A stretch of 64,000 nt of DNA from an uncultured Acetobacter sp. (lineage in GTDB: Bacteria > Pseudomonadota > Alphaproteobacteria > RF32 > CAG-239), in assembly GCA_964416205.1 (NCBI GenBank), contig CAYQDC010000001.1, positions 7,822 to 71,821 of the forward strand, written 5' to 3'. A program made the translations under genes and the position numbers. Numbering within the stretch: position 1 is the first letter of the stretch; each line of letters opens with the position of its first letter. The notes under the pieces are model-generated. The model was not told where the DNA came from. It worked only from the letters and a program-made list of their open reading frames with translations, and made no database searches. Positions 31,255-39,948 of this stretch are shown piece by piece.

Positions 31255-31874
31255 TTCTTTATGTCCCTGTTGGTATAATCAGTTTCAGCCAGTTGTTTTA
31301 CGCCGTTTCTAAGCCCGGTGTACTGACGGTAAATCTCATCAATCGCGTGGTGCGCCGTAACATACCAGTCCTGCCGTGGCCATTGCGCCGGGTCAAGTTG
31401 CAGTTCTTCGCGGACAGCTTCACGAATTATGGTTTTAAACTTTTCGGTATAGATTAAATCTGTAACGGCTTTTTCAAATTCACTGCGAAAAGCCGTTGCC
31501 GCGCAGTTTTTCATCACCCCGCCAAGGGCTTTCATATCAGGCAGGGCGGGTGCGCCATAGCCACCGGTTTTGCGGATAGAGGGCAGGACTTCCGCATACA
31601 CCCAGTCGGCAAACGCCTGCGCCTGCGGTTTGTTACTGCGGAATATCAGCCGGTAGAGATTTGGTTCGTTGATGATAGTGATTTCTTTTGCGCCACTCGA
31701 ATAGCTGTAATAGGTTTTGCCTACTCCAGCTTCAGACAGTTTAACCGAAGTGGCGGCGTTTTTAATGCCGAGTGCGTTGGCGCAGTCGATTAAAGCAAAC
31801 CACGGTTCGCCGTCAATGGTGGTAGTACGGATTTGATTGTGATTAAAATTATAAATTGAGATTTGATTTTTCAT
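31251..31874 (-). CDS. Bro-N domain antirepressor-like protein
   Basis: N-terminal Bro-N pattern (IRTTTIDGEPWFALIDCANALGI...NLYRLIFRS); start at ATG 31874 with AAAGGAA RBS; ORF-track upstream extension to 32471 is probably noncoding. Confidence 0.65.
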   Translation of the reverse strand: MKNQISIYNFNHNQIRTTTIDGEPWFALIDCANALGIKNAATSVKLSEAGVGKTYYSYSSGAKEITIINEPNLYRLIFRSNKPQAQAFADWVYAEVLPSIRKTGGYGAPALPDMKALGGVMKNCAATAFRSEFEKAVTDLIYTEKFKTIIREAVREELQLDPAQWPRQDWYVTAHHAIDEIYRQYTGLRNGVKQLAETDYTNRDIKK

Positions 31875-32230
31875 ATCTTGTATTCCTTTTTCAGAGGATT
31901 TCCTTAAACCGTAAGGTGTCGGGAGCTGAAAACGTGATACAAGACACGCGCGCTTATTCAGTATATTCGCGGCACTCCCGACTAAATCGGCAGATATAAA
32001 AAATCCCGCAAAATCTATCGGGGCGGTGTATCCGCTTGTATCAGAGTTTTCAGCTCTGCCCCTATTAAAAACACGGCCGGAAGTATTTGTCAAGCATTTT
32101 TTTACAAGCGGGGTGCAGGCGGCACGTTTGGCTTGCAAACCCCGCAGGTTTCTTTTATGATGTTTTTGGGAAACAATAAAAGAAAGGCACGAAAAATGTT
32201 CAGTAAAATCTTTAATGTATGCAAAAGGTA

Positions 32231-32465
32231 TATGTTTATGGAAAATCGTATCTGCGAACTTGAAAAACGGGTTAACTCTCTTGAAAAGAAACTTGCCAAA
32301 ACCACCCCGGACAAATACACCTGTAAATCCTGCTTTAAGGGGCAATACAGACAAACAAGCACACCCCGCCGTTTTGGTGGATTTATTGTCGGTAATCAGT
32401 GGAAGTGCGATAAATGCGGGCATATCGCCGATGAATCGACCTCTCAGGCTTTGTCCAGAGTTTAG
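32231..32465 (+). CDS. small zinc-ribbon protein encoded antisense to the early-left operon
   Basis: CxxC-x25-CxxC (YTCKSC...WKCDKCGH); own TTGCAA-17-TATGAT promoter at 32139-32167. Confidence 0.35.
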
Positions 32466-32601
32466 CAACATCTATTTATCCTTGTTTTTGAAATAAAAAT
32501 AAGTTTCCATACATTCCACAACAAACCAGCAGATTTTTTTCAATGCGTCATAAACTGCTAAGGCTATAATTACGTCTAAAATCATTCTTCAACTTCCCTT
32601 T

Positions 32602-33099
32602 TTACTTCACACTGAGGTTATAGTTGGTTACGAGTTCCGCGCCGGGGATGGTTTCACCGTTTTTCAGTGCCTCTTTAAGCGACATTTTATCCAGCTGTTC
32701 GGTGGTTTTGATGATGAAAAACCGCGGGTCGTTAAAATTCGGGTCGGTAATGCGCACCTGTGTTGATCGGCGCGTACCAACTGTCCACGTGCCGGCAATG
32801 GATTTATCTTTGCCGGATTTCTGATGTATCAGCAGAATAAAGTTATCCAGCTGATTTAGCTTTTTCTTTTCTGTGGCGGTCTTTTCTGCTATGCGCTTGT
32901 TTTCGGCATCCAGCCCGCTGATATAGGCAATTTTGTTGGCGCGCAGGTTGCAAAGCTTCTCCAGCCCCTCAGCAATCAGGGCTTCTTTTTTGGCCTGCAG
33001 TTCGGCCTCTCTGGCCTCGTCAACTTCCCCGGTCTGTAAATCAAAGCACTGGTCAAGCAGACGTTCGGTTTCAATGATGTCTTCATAAATATCATTCAT
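32602..33099 (-). CDS. Gp157-like siphovirus-family protein (tentative)
   Basis: ~165 aa with N-terminal coiled coil; usual partner of ERF/RecT-type recombinases. Confidence 0.4.
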   Translation of the reverse strand: MNDIYEDIIETERLLDQCFDLQTGEVDEAREAELQAKKEALIAEGLEKLCNLRANKIAYISGLDAENKRIAEKTATEKKKLNQLDNFILLIHQKSGKDKSIAGTWTVGTRRSTQVRITDPNFNDPRFFIIKTTEQLDKMSLKEALKNGETIPGAELVTNYNLSVK

Positions 33100-33305
33100 C
33101 CTTCAATCTCCTCAATGGCGTCAATATAATCTGTTATCAGCATATCCAACAATGCGCCCTGCGCCTCCAGCAGGCTTTTTTCCATTTTCAGATTATCCAG
33201 TTTCTGACTGTACAGATTGATAACTGAATATCCCAAAATCGCCCCCAGCAGGAGAATTGAGAAATTTACAAACCATATTTTATTCTTCACAGCTAACCTC
33301 CACAA
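33096..33305 (-). CDS. small membrane protein (69 aa)
   Basis: Single TM helix (FVNFSILLLGAILGYSVINLY). Confidence 0.35.
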   Translation of the reverse strand: MWRLAVKNKIWFVNFSILLLGAILGYSVINLYSQKLDNLKMEKSLLEAQGALLDMLITDYIDAIEEIEG

Positions 33306-33555
33306 ATTTAATAAATTTATCCAAAACGCCGTCGGTCAGAACCTCGTAGGCATAGCCCCGGTCGGTTTTGAGTGCGGTGATAAAAGCGTCGCCGTCCTCT
33401 TCAAAATTGTAATAATGTCTGGCAATATTCTTTCTGATTGCGTTCATTAAAGCCTCGCCGGCGTCTTCAATTCTCTTTAAGTGGTCGTGTTTGGCGCTTG
33501 CCCTTAAAGCTTCCATTACCTTTTTAAGATTTTCCCTTGCTTCTTCTGCAGTCAT
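33280..33555 (-). CDS. hypothetical phage protein (91 aa)
   Basis: ATG 33555 lies just after stop of upstream gene (33561-33563). Confidence 0.35.
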   Translation of the reverse strand: MTAEEARENLKKVMEALRASAKHDHLKRIEDAGEALMNAIRKNIARHYYNFEEDGDAFITALKTDRGYAYEVLTDGVLDKFIKFVEVSCEE

Positions 33556-33560
33556 ATTTT

Positions 33561-34136
33561 TTACTCCAGCGACTGTTGCATTAAAAACTGAAAACGGTTG
33601 TTGTGAATGTTGGTCAGCTCTTCGGCACGTTCCGCTCCCGCCAGTTTGCACAGGGAATTAAGCGCATTTCTGTACTTGTCGCTGTTCATATCTTCAAGCG
33701 AAGTGGTATTGATATATTGCTTAAAGCTCTCAATCCTTTCTTCCAACGTTTTTGCCTTTGGCGCTGGGTGCGACGCCGGGCGCGAAGCCGGGGTCTGTTC
33801 TTCATATTCCAGCTTGCTTTTCAGCTCTTCGGCGGTGCAGATTGCCTCGTCAATACCAATGCCGAAGTTGCCAAGCGCACGTCCCCACGCCGAAGTTTCA
33901 GCATTTTCCAGCATCGCAAACCTGTTGACCCCACCTTTTTGCGTCGTCTCGCGGGCAAAGCCGTTAGCACGGACAACGCCTTTATCATCAATAATCTGCG
34001 CTTCAAACACGACGCTGTCGGCTGTACGTTCAACAATTCTGCCAATCAGCGCATAATCCTTAAATTCATTGCGAAAGGCTTTTAAGCGCTCATTTACGGT
34101 TACATAAGGATTGCCCTTAATATCTATTGTTTTCAT
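33561..34136 (-). CDS. ERF-like single-strand annealing protein (tentative)
   Basis: 191 aa, N-terminal KGNPYVTVNERLKAFR region and Gp157 neighbour fit ERF-type SSAP modules; by-eye only. Confidence 0.35.
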   Translation of the reverse strand: MKTIDIKGNPYVTVNERLKAFRNEFKDYALIGRIVERTADSVVFEAQIIDDKGVVRANGFARETTQKGGVNRFAMLENAETSAWGRALGNFGIGIDEAICTAEELKSKLEYEEQTPASRPASHPAPKAKTLEERIESFKQYINTTSLEDMNSDKYRNALNSLCKLAGAERAEELTNIHNNRFQFLMQQSLE

Positions 34137-34151
34137 TTTGTCCTCCTTTTT

Positions 34152-34400
34152 TTAAGCCACGGCAATTAAGCACAATGTCATAACTACCAGCAACGTCCCG
34201 ACCAGATAAAGGCTTGCGCAAAGCGGTTTATACGCCTGTTGCAGGCCGAGGTTGCGATTTTCAAGTTCCCGGATTTGTCCGTTTTTGTATCTGACAAAAT
34301 TCTCCATGGCGTTGATGCAAATCTGGTTCCAGCTGATAAAATCCTTTTTCATTGTTTCATCTCCGTTTATGTTGTGTCTTTTTGTCTTAACTGATAGCAT
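34152..34400 (-). CDS. small membrane-anchored protein, first gene of leftward early operon
   Basis: C-terminal TM helix LYLVGTLLVVMTLCLIAV; likely start MKKDFISW (34352). Confidence 0.4.
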   Translation of the reverse strand: MLSVKTKRHNINGDETMKKDFISWNQICINAMENFVRYKNGQIRELENRNLGLQQAYKPLCASLYLVGTLLVVMTLCLIAVA

Positions 34401-34467
34401 ACTTATAGCATATTTACTTTATATGTCAATAGCAAAATTGCACTATTTTTTATTAAAAATGCTATAT
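34394..34467. promoter_or_regulatory. OL-like operator/promoter region with four ATAGCA(TAT)/ATGCTAT repeats
   Basis: ATAGCAT 34394-34400, TATAGCATAT 34404-34413, ATAGCA 34429-34434, ATGCTATAT 34459-34467. Confidence 0.4.
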
Positions 34468-34521
34468 TTTCACTAACCCACTGAAAATAAATAAAAGAAA
34501 TTTTAATCAGCATAAAAAAAG

Positions 34522-34550
34522 CCCCCACTTTGGGGGTGTTTTCATTGAAA
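34522..34550. terminator. bidirectional terminator downstream of cI
   Basis: AAAAAAAGCCCCCA-ctt-TGGGGGTGTTTT hairpin with A-run and T-run on either side. Confidence 0.5.
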
Positions 34551-34614
34551 AATATTTATATAAAATCAGCTACACACAAAACAATTTGTGTAAATTAAGG
34601 GGTTGCCGAGCCTC

Positions 34615-35280
34615 TTACCCCACTTTGCGCACGTGATAGATAATTTTGCCGATAACGTCTATATCCTGATAATTCTCTTTTTTAAAAGCTTCATATTGCG
34701 GATTATCCGCTTTTATGGTGGCCGAGTTGTCAAACGGGTTAATCTGAATACGTTTAATCATCAGTTCCTTGCCAACCGCCAGCAGATACAGCCCATCCGA
34801 GGTCGGCTCTTTAAAAGATATATCCACCCACACGACATCACCGGGGTATATGGTCGGCATCATGGAATCACCGATTGCCTTGATAATTTTGATATTTTCC
34901 GGGGCGGACGAGGTTAATTCGCGCAACGCCGGCATCGTCATCATATATTTGCCGATAACATTTTCGGTAAAATTTTCCCAACCATTACCACAACACGCCG
35001 AAACATCCAGTACATCTATGGACACGATATTCTGCTGTAATTTCAGTTTTGCAGAAACATCGCCTAAAGGTAAATCAGTAAGTTCCTGTTCATCTACATT
35101 TAAAAGAATGGCCAGACCTTTGCGAAATTGCTCATCTAATCGTTTGGGGGATTTTTCTTTTACAAATTTTTGCAGGTAAGAAGAATTTTTCCCCAGCTGA
35201 AGTGACAGTGAATTAAAAGACAAGTTGCGTTCAGCAACTAATTGTCCAACTCTTTTTTTTACATTTTCAATAGTATCCAT
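34615..35280 (-). CDS. cI: CI-like repressor (HTH_XRE + S24 LexA-like peptidase)
   Basis: N-terminal HTH; C-terminal GDSMMPTIYPGDVVWVD (Ser) and LMIKRIQ (Lys) S24 motifs. Confidence 0.85.
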   Translation of the reverse strand: MDTIENVKKRVGQLVAERNLSFNSLSLQLGKNSSYLQKFVKEKSPKRLDEQFRKGLAILLNVDEQELTDLPLGDVSAKLKLQQNIVSIDVLDVSACCGNGWENFTENVIGKYMMTMPALRELTSSAPENIKIIKAIGDSMMPTIYPGDVVWVDISFKEPTSDGLYLLAVGKELMIKRIQINPFDNSATIKADNPQYEAFKKENYQDIDVIGKIIYHVRKVG

Positions 35281-35299
35281 TTGTTTCTCCTTTTTTATA

Positions 35300-35380
35300 T
35301 AATAGCAAGAATGCTTTATTTGTAAAGTTATTATTTGAGGTAAATTTGCTATTGACTTTTTTGAAATAATGCTATAAGTT
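35300..35380. promoter_or_regulatory. cI/cro divergent promoter-operator region (OR-like)
   Basis: ATAGCA 35302, ATGCT 35311, TGCTAT 35347 and 35370 (23-bp spacing); TTGACT -35-like element. Confidence 0.45.
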
Positions 35381-35402
35381 CGCTACAAAGGGAGTAAAAA
35401 AC

Positions 35403-35639
35403 ATGATTTCAAATTGTAAGTTCCAGGAAAAAATCTCTGCTTTTTTAAGCCAGACCGGTATGTCGGCCACAAAGTTTGGCGCCGGCGCAATGAACGACCC
35501 GAGTTTTGTCTTTCGTCTGCTTAAGGGCAGGGAAGTCCGCGAGAGTGGCAAATTAAGATGTCTGACTTTTATGGCGGATTACAAAAAGACACACCGCAAA
35601 AGAAAAAGCCGGAAAAAGGCCGTCAAAAAAGAGGCTTAA
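35403..35639 (+). CDS. Cro/CII-like small DNA-binding protein with basic tail
   Basis: Divergent from cI; HTH-like MSATKFGAGAMNDPSFVFRLLKG; RBS GGGAG. Confidence 0.45.
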   Translation: MISNCKFQEKISAFLSQTGMSATKFGAGAMNDPSFVFRLLKGREVRESGKLRCLTFMADYKKTHRKRKSRKKAVKKEA

Positions 35640-35993
35640 CCGTTGTGGCGGGCGGGTCGGGTAACCGCTGTGCCACTGGCCGGACGTGTTCTGCTTTCTG
35701 AATGTCAATCACAGACCGCCCGGCCAATCCTTTAATTTATGGGGGAGAAGGATGAAATACATATTATGGCCATTTAAAATACCGCTTTTGGCGTTGCGCG
35801 AATTGCTGGTGTTGATTTTGAAATATGGTTACGGCTGTCGGATAGATATTCCGGCCGGCCTGACCGCAATGGGCAACGAACAGTGGCGGCGAAAATGAAA
35901 ACAATGGGGAGTTTGTCAAACAATGGGAGCGCGGCAAGGCATCTTTCCTCCTTTATAACTTTCTGCGCTCCCACCTTATAAAGGGGAGTAATA

Positions 35994-36770
35994 ATGAGTA
36001 AAACATATTTTTCAATTTATGCCGATAAATTCGCACTTATGAAAAGCCAGCTTTCCGCTGATGAAATTATAGAAATGTTGCAGGCTTTATCTGAATTATG
36101 TATGTGGGAAGAAACGGATTATGTCCCGCAAACAAAAAAACAAAGCTATTTTTGGGAATTGCTGAAATCTAAATTTGATGATGACGAAGAACTATACAAC
36201 CAACGCTCCAGAGCAGGGAAAGAGGGGGCTAAAAAACGGTGGGATAGCAAAGCGGATAGCAAAAGCGATGGCAAAACGGATAGCAAAACGTATGGCAAAA
36301 GTGATGGCAAAACGTATGGCAAAACGGATAGCCAAATAACAAACAACAAACAACAAGATATACTTTCTTCGGATAAATCCTCAGAAAGTATTATTATCTC
36401 CCCCAAAAACGAAAAAAAACCAAAAAATTATCCTGCTGAGTTTGAGCAGTTCTGGCAGGAATATCCGCGCAAGGTGGACAAGGAGGAGGCCTACAAGAAG
36501 TTTCGCACGATTATGCTCCAAAAACGCGCCACCCTTGATGAGCTTATTGCCGGGGCAAAGCGCTATTTTGACGAGGTTTTGCAGAAAAAAACCGACACGC
36601 AGTACATCAAACACGCGTCTACGTGGCTGAACAACCTGTGCTGGCTAAACGAATACCAGGAAGACCCGCCCCGGGCAAAATCATTTTTTGACACGCCGGA
36701 AGGTAAGGAATGGTTACGAAAAGCCGAAGAGGAAGAACGAAATGCGCAAAATGGAAATACCTGCTTTTGA
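35994..36770 (+). CDS. replication initiator (lambda O-like architecture) with internal iterons
   Basis: 258 aa; internal 4-aa repeat stretch DSKA/DSKS/DGKT... encoded by 12-bp tandem repeats followed by AT-rich tract. Confidence 0.5.
   Translation: MSKTYFSIYADKFALMKSQLSADEIIEMLQALSELCMWEETDYVPQTKKQSYFWELLKSKFDDDEELYNQRSRAGKEGAKKRWDSKADSKSDGKTDSKTYGKSDGKTYGKTDSQITNNKQQDILSSDKSSESIIISPKNEKKPKNYPAEFEQFWQEYPRKVDKEEAYKKFRTIMLQKRATLDELIAGAKRYFDEVLQKKTDTQYIKHASTWLNNLCWLNEYQEDPPRAKSFFDTPEGKEWLRKAEEEERNAQNGNTCF
36243..36340. repeat. eight tandem 12-bp repeats (GATRGCAAAASG), candidate ori iterons
   Basis: ggatagcaaagc/ggatagcaaaagc/gatggcaaaacg/gatagcaaaacg/tatggcaaaagt/gatggcaaaacg/tatggcaaaacg/gatagccaaata, then A/T-rich 36335-36440. 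Confidence 0.5.
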
Positions 36771-37278
36771 AGAGTTTACGAAAAATTTTTATCCCGGTTT
36801 CACCCTGAAAAACGACGTCATCATTGACGCGTGGTTGCTGGCGTTAGGTCAGTTCAGCTTAAACCAGTGCGAAAAGGCGGTAACGATTTTTTACTCGCAG
36901 AGCAAAACTCAGCACGAACCCAAACCGGGACACCTGAAAGAAATCATCGAAGCCAACCGGCAGTCAGTAACCACCACCGAAGCCGATTACAAACCGGATT
37001 TTCCGCTGGCAAAGTTTCAGAACGACATTGCCCTGGGCTGTTGCCGGCATAACCTCTACGTCTATCGCGACGCTGAAAAGCTTGTCAACTGCGGTTTGAC
37101 CGATGACTTTGACGAGGCGTTGCGTCTTGCCTGCCAGCAACGTATGGGACGCGATTACGAATTTCCGAGCAAAAACAATCTGGCTGCACACGGTCTGGCA
37201 GAGGTTAAGGCTTCCCCGGAGCAGGTAAAGATGATTTTCAACGCGCCTGTGTGGAGAGGGGAGAGTTCGAATGCGTAG
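36742..37278 (+). CDS. hypothetical replication-module protein
   Basis: Overlaps 3' end of initiator gene; no motif recognised. Confidence 0.4.
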   Translation: MRKMEIPAFEEFTKNFYPGFTLKNDVIIDAWLLALGQFSLNQCEKAVTIFYSQSKTQHEPKPGHLKEIIEANRQSVTTTEADYKPDFPLAKFQNDIALGCCRHNLYVYRDAEKLVNCGLTDDFDEALRLACQQRMGRDYEFPSKNNLAAHGLAEVKASPEQVKMIFNAPVWRGESSNA

Positions 37279-37519
37279 GCCTGTGCAATCGGAAAAACCG
37301 GTGATTGATGTCAAAACACTGGAGGTTTGGAAGTCGCGGGCAGAGTGCGCTAGATGTTTAGGGGTCACCACTGCCAGAATAACGCAGTGTATTGAATACG
37401 GCAATAGAGTCAGAGGGCGCAGACTGGAAGATTTTAACTATTGGCAGGGGCTAGACTGGCGCGACAAGGAAAAAATGTCGCAGAGCAACTTTTATTTTTT
37501 TGACAAGGAGGTAATATGA
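37271..37519 (+). CDS. small HTH DNA-binding protein
   Basis: AECARCLGVTTARITQCIEYGN HTH-like. Confidence 0.4.
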   Translation: MRRPVQSEKPVIDVKTLEVWKSRAECARCLGVTTARITQCIEYGNRVRGRRLEDFNYWQGLDWRDKEKMSQSNFYFFDKEVI

Positions 37520-38061
37520 ACACTAAAGCCTCGTACTATCCATTTTTCAAAGACGTTTGTATAAAATTTAATTGTTCTGTTGAGGATTTGGAAACTCCCA
37601 AACGAGGACACCGCTATGTACAGGCAAAGAGGGTTTGTTGCCGGTTTTTACGGCTTTTAGGGTATTCATTCCCCCGCATCAGCCGGATACTGGATAAAGA
37701 CCATACTTCGGTTATCAACGCCTGTAAACGGTGCGCGTCCGATCCTGATCTGGAAGAATACGCAACGGAGCTGTGTTTGCGCTATATACAGACCAACCCC
37801 GATGATAAATTGATTAAAAAGGAAACATTTAAGCGAAAAATTGAACACGAAAAGATTATTACTCTGTTTAATCAGGGCGCTGGTGTTGACAGGATAGCAG
37901 CAGCGATTGATAACACCGTTGAATACGTCAGAGTGCAGTTGGAATATATCAGAAAAATTTATGAAATAAAAAAAATCCCGGACTATAAGGCCAATAAAAC
38001 CCGGGAGATTATTAACGTAAACAAGCGGGGGAAATATGGGGAAAAAAAGAACACAGCTTGA
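37516..38061 (+). CDS. DnaA C-terminal (domain IV)-like DNA-binding protein
   Basis: KRGHRYVQAKRVCCRFLRLLGYSFPRISRILDKDHTSVINACKR matches the Bac_DnaA_C signature. Confidence 0.6.
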   Translation: MNTKASYYPFFKDVCIKFNCSVEDLETPKRGHRYVQAKRVCCRFLRLLGYSFPRISRILDKDHTSVINACKRCASDPDLEEYATELCLRYIQTNPDDKLIKKETFKRKIEHEKIITLFNQGAGVDRIAAAIDNTVEYVRVQLEYIRKIYEIKKIPDYKANKTREIINVNKRGKYGEKKNTA

Positions 38062-38539
38062 GAAGTATTACGCCAAAGGGTGGCTGGTGTGGGGCGATAC
38101 GCGTATCACTTCCGAAGACAGGCTGGAAGCCGGCAAAAGATTTTACAACCTCTATCTGGCCTGCCGGTTTGATTCGCCAGTGCCAGATGTTACCAAACCC
38201 CGGGTTGACCGCACGCCAACATACACCGTTTCAGAAAATATTCAGACTGCCCGCGAAAAATATACCCGGGCAATTAAGCGGTTAAAATATACCGCCGAGG
38301 GCAGGGAGCGGATAATCCGCCACGTCATAATTGATAACAGAGCTTGCCCGGTGCAGTTTGTAACCCGCCAGCAATACGAACACGATTTGCTTTTATTCAA
38401 ACATTATCTGAGCCGGGGGCTGGACGATTTGTTTTACTTTTTCGGTGGCCGGCTGACCAAAACCAAAAGCCGTAATTATTCCAATATGCCGTATTTCTGG
38501 GCCAACATGGGTCGCTACTTTGACGAATGCGGAAAATGA
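38036..38539 (+). CDS. hypothetical phage protein (167 aa)
   Basis: ORF overlapping previous stop. Confidence 0.4.
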   Translation: MGKKRTQLEKYYAKGWLVWGDTRITSEDRLEAGKRFYNLYLACRFDSPVPDVTKPRVDRTPTYTVSENIQTAREKYTRAIKRLKYTAEGRERIIRHVIIDNRACPVQFVTRQQYEHDLLLFKHYLSRGLDDLFYFFGGRLTKTKSRNYSNMPYFWANMGRYFDECGK

Positions 38540-38676
38540 AAAAACATGCAAATTAAACTTACTTTAAATATTGCTGTATTAACTTCTTTATAAGATGAAG
38601 ATGTTGCTATTGACAACAGTACTTTTTATGTTACTGATATTAACAGAATATTAACTTTTCATTTAAGGTATGGACA

Positions 38677-39432
38677 ATGTTTTTTGATAATATAGATGCC
38701 TCATTGTTACCCGTAAAAATAAAAAGCAGTAATTTGTTAAGTGCGATTATTGAGCTTCGTTTTGACAGGGTATTGCCAGTTGAAGAGGTTGTCTGGCCTT
38801 TATATGTGAAAATGAAAGATACTTTTAATTCTCCGCAGAAATCTCCAGTATATGACATACCAAAAGAAGAGCGAATGCGGGATTTAAATTTGCAAAATGC
38901 AATTCTTTTTGTGTTGGAAAGCAAGGATAAAATGTATCAGATAGGCTGTGGCGAAGGAATTGTAACAATAAGTTTAGGTAATTTTAATTATGGAAAATGG
39001 AAAGATTTTTATACGGAATTTGAAAAAATATTTAATGAAATCAGTGAGAGCATAACACAGATAAATCGAGTAGGGCTTCGTTATATCAATGTATTTGATG
39101 ACGGTAATTTGGATAGTTTTAAAATAGAGTTGCTTTTGAATAAAGAGACATTAAAAAAAGTTCCTTTAAGATTAAATTTTGAGTTTGAACTAGACAACAG
39201 GATTGTTAAGTTAAATTTATTAAATAAAGCACAGTATAAATTTAATTCTGAAAATCGTATGAATGCGGTTGTTTTGGATATTGATGTTATTCATAATCAA
39301 CAGGTGGAAAAAGATAATATACAGAAAATTATTGAAGACAGTCATTCAGTAGTAAAAAAGACATTTTTTGGCATTTGCTGTGATGATTTTATTCAACAGA
39401 TATTATGTCCCTGTAAAGAGGAGGATAATTAA
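38677..39432 (+). CDS. uncharacterised protein A of AT-rich three-gene cassette (251 aa)
   Basis: AT-rich codon usage distinct from flanking phage genes; RBS AAGGTATGG; stop abuts next ATG. Confidence 0.5.
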   Translation: MFFDNIDASLLPVKIKSSNLLSAIIELRFDRVLPVEEVVWPLYVKMKDTFNSPQKSPVYDIPKEERMRDLNLQNAILFVLESKDKMYQIGCGEGIVTISLGNFNYGKWKDFYTEFEKIFNEISESITQINRVGLRYINVFDDGNLDSFKIELLLNKETLKKVPLRLNFEFELDNRIVKLNLLNKAQYKFNSENRMNAVVLDIDVIHNQQVEKDNIQKIIEDSHSVVKKTFFGICCDDFIQQILCPCKEEDN

Positions 39433-39948
39433 ATGTCGGATATATGTTGTGATTTGGGCGTTCCTTATTCTGAAGGTATATTGCCATCTATACAAATACC
39501 GTATATTAACCTGACGTCTTTAAATTTATCTGAACATAAAGCAATCGCAGATAATGAAGTTGATATAAATTCATACGATGCTGATGTGCGTAATTTTATA
39601 CAGCTTTTTAATGAAAAGGGTGGCGTAAACGGGGAATATTTTTCAAGACGCTTAGTGGAAATTTATGCAGATGAACCGGATTTACCTTTTGATGTAATAA
39701 CTTTTAGAGGATTATTAAATTTTGCTGAAAATAGGTTGTTTGAAACAATGTATAACATAGCTTTAGGCATTGATGACAAAGGGCGTCCCATGTTGCAGCA
39801 GAATTTTGCGAATAGCTTTATTTATGTTAAGTTTTTGACCGGCGAACGGGTTAAATATCATTTAGTATATCAAAACAGAGATATTATGAATGAAGGTACT
39901 TTCAATGAATTTTATAAAGATTATACGTCGTGTCCAGTTTTTAGCTAA
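39433..39948 (+). CDS. uncharacterised protein B of cassette (171 aa)
   Basis: ATG immediately after stop of A (TAA 39430-39432). Confidence 0.5.
   Translation: MSDICCDLGVPYSEGILPSIQIPYINLTSLNLSEHKAIADNEVDINSYDADVRNFIQLFNEKGGVNGEYFSRRLVEIYADEPDLPFDVITFRGLLNFAENRLFETMYNIALGIDDKGRPMLQQNFANSFIYVKFLTGERVKYHLVYQNRDIMNEGTFNEFYKDYTSCPVFS

Noticed and set aside
31875-32471. ORF-track N-terminal extension making the Bro-N protein 406 aa
   Set aside because: Extension has no domain resemblance. A good RBS and ATG at 31874 precede the Bro-N domain, and the extension overlaps the + strand zinc-ribbon ORF and its promoter.
33603-34085. Two + strand ORFs (149 and 160 aa) antisense to the ERF-like gene
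   Set aside because: Overlap a better-supported minus-strand gene in an operon of minus-strand genes; no RBS.
36243-36340. Possibility that the 12-bp tandem repeats, or the tape-measure repeats at 56695-57040, are a CRISPR array
   Set aside because: Units are contiguous with no spacers, lie in-frame inside coding sequence and are degenerate. They are better explained as iterons and peptide repeats.
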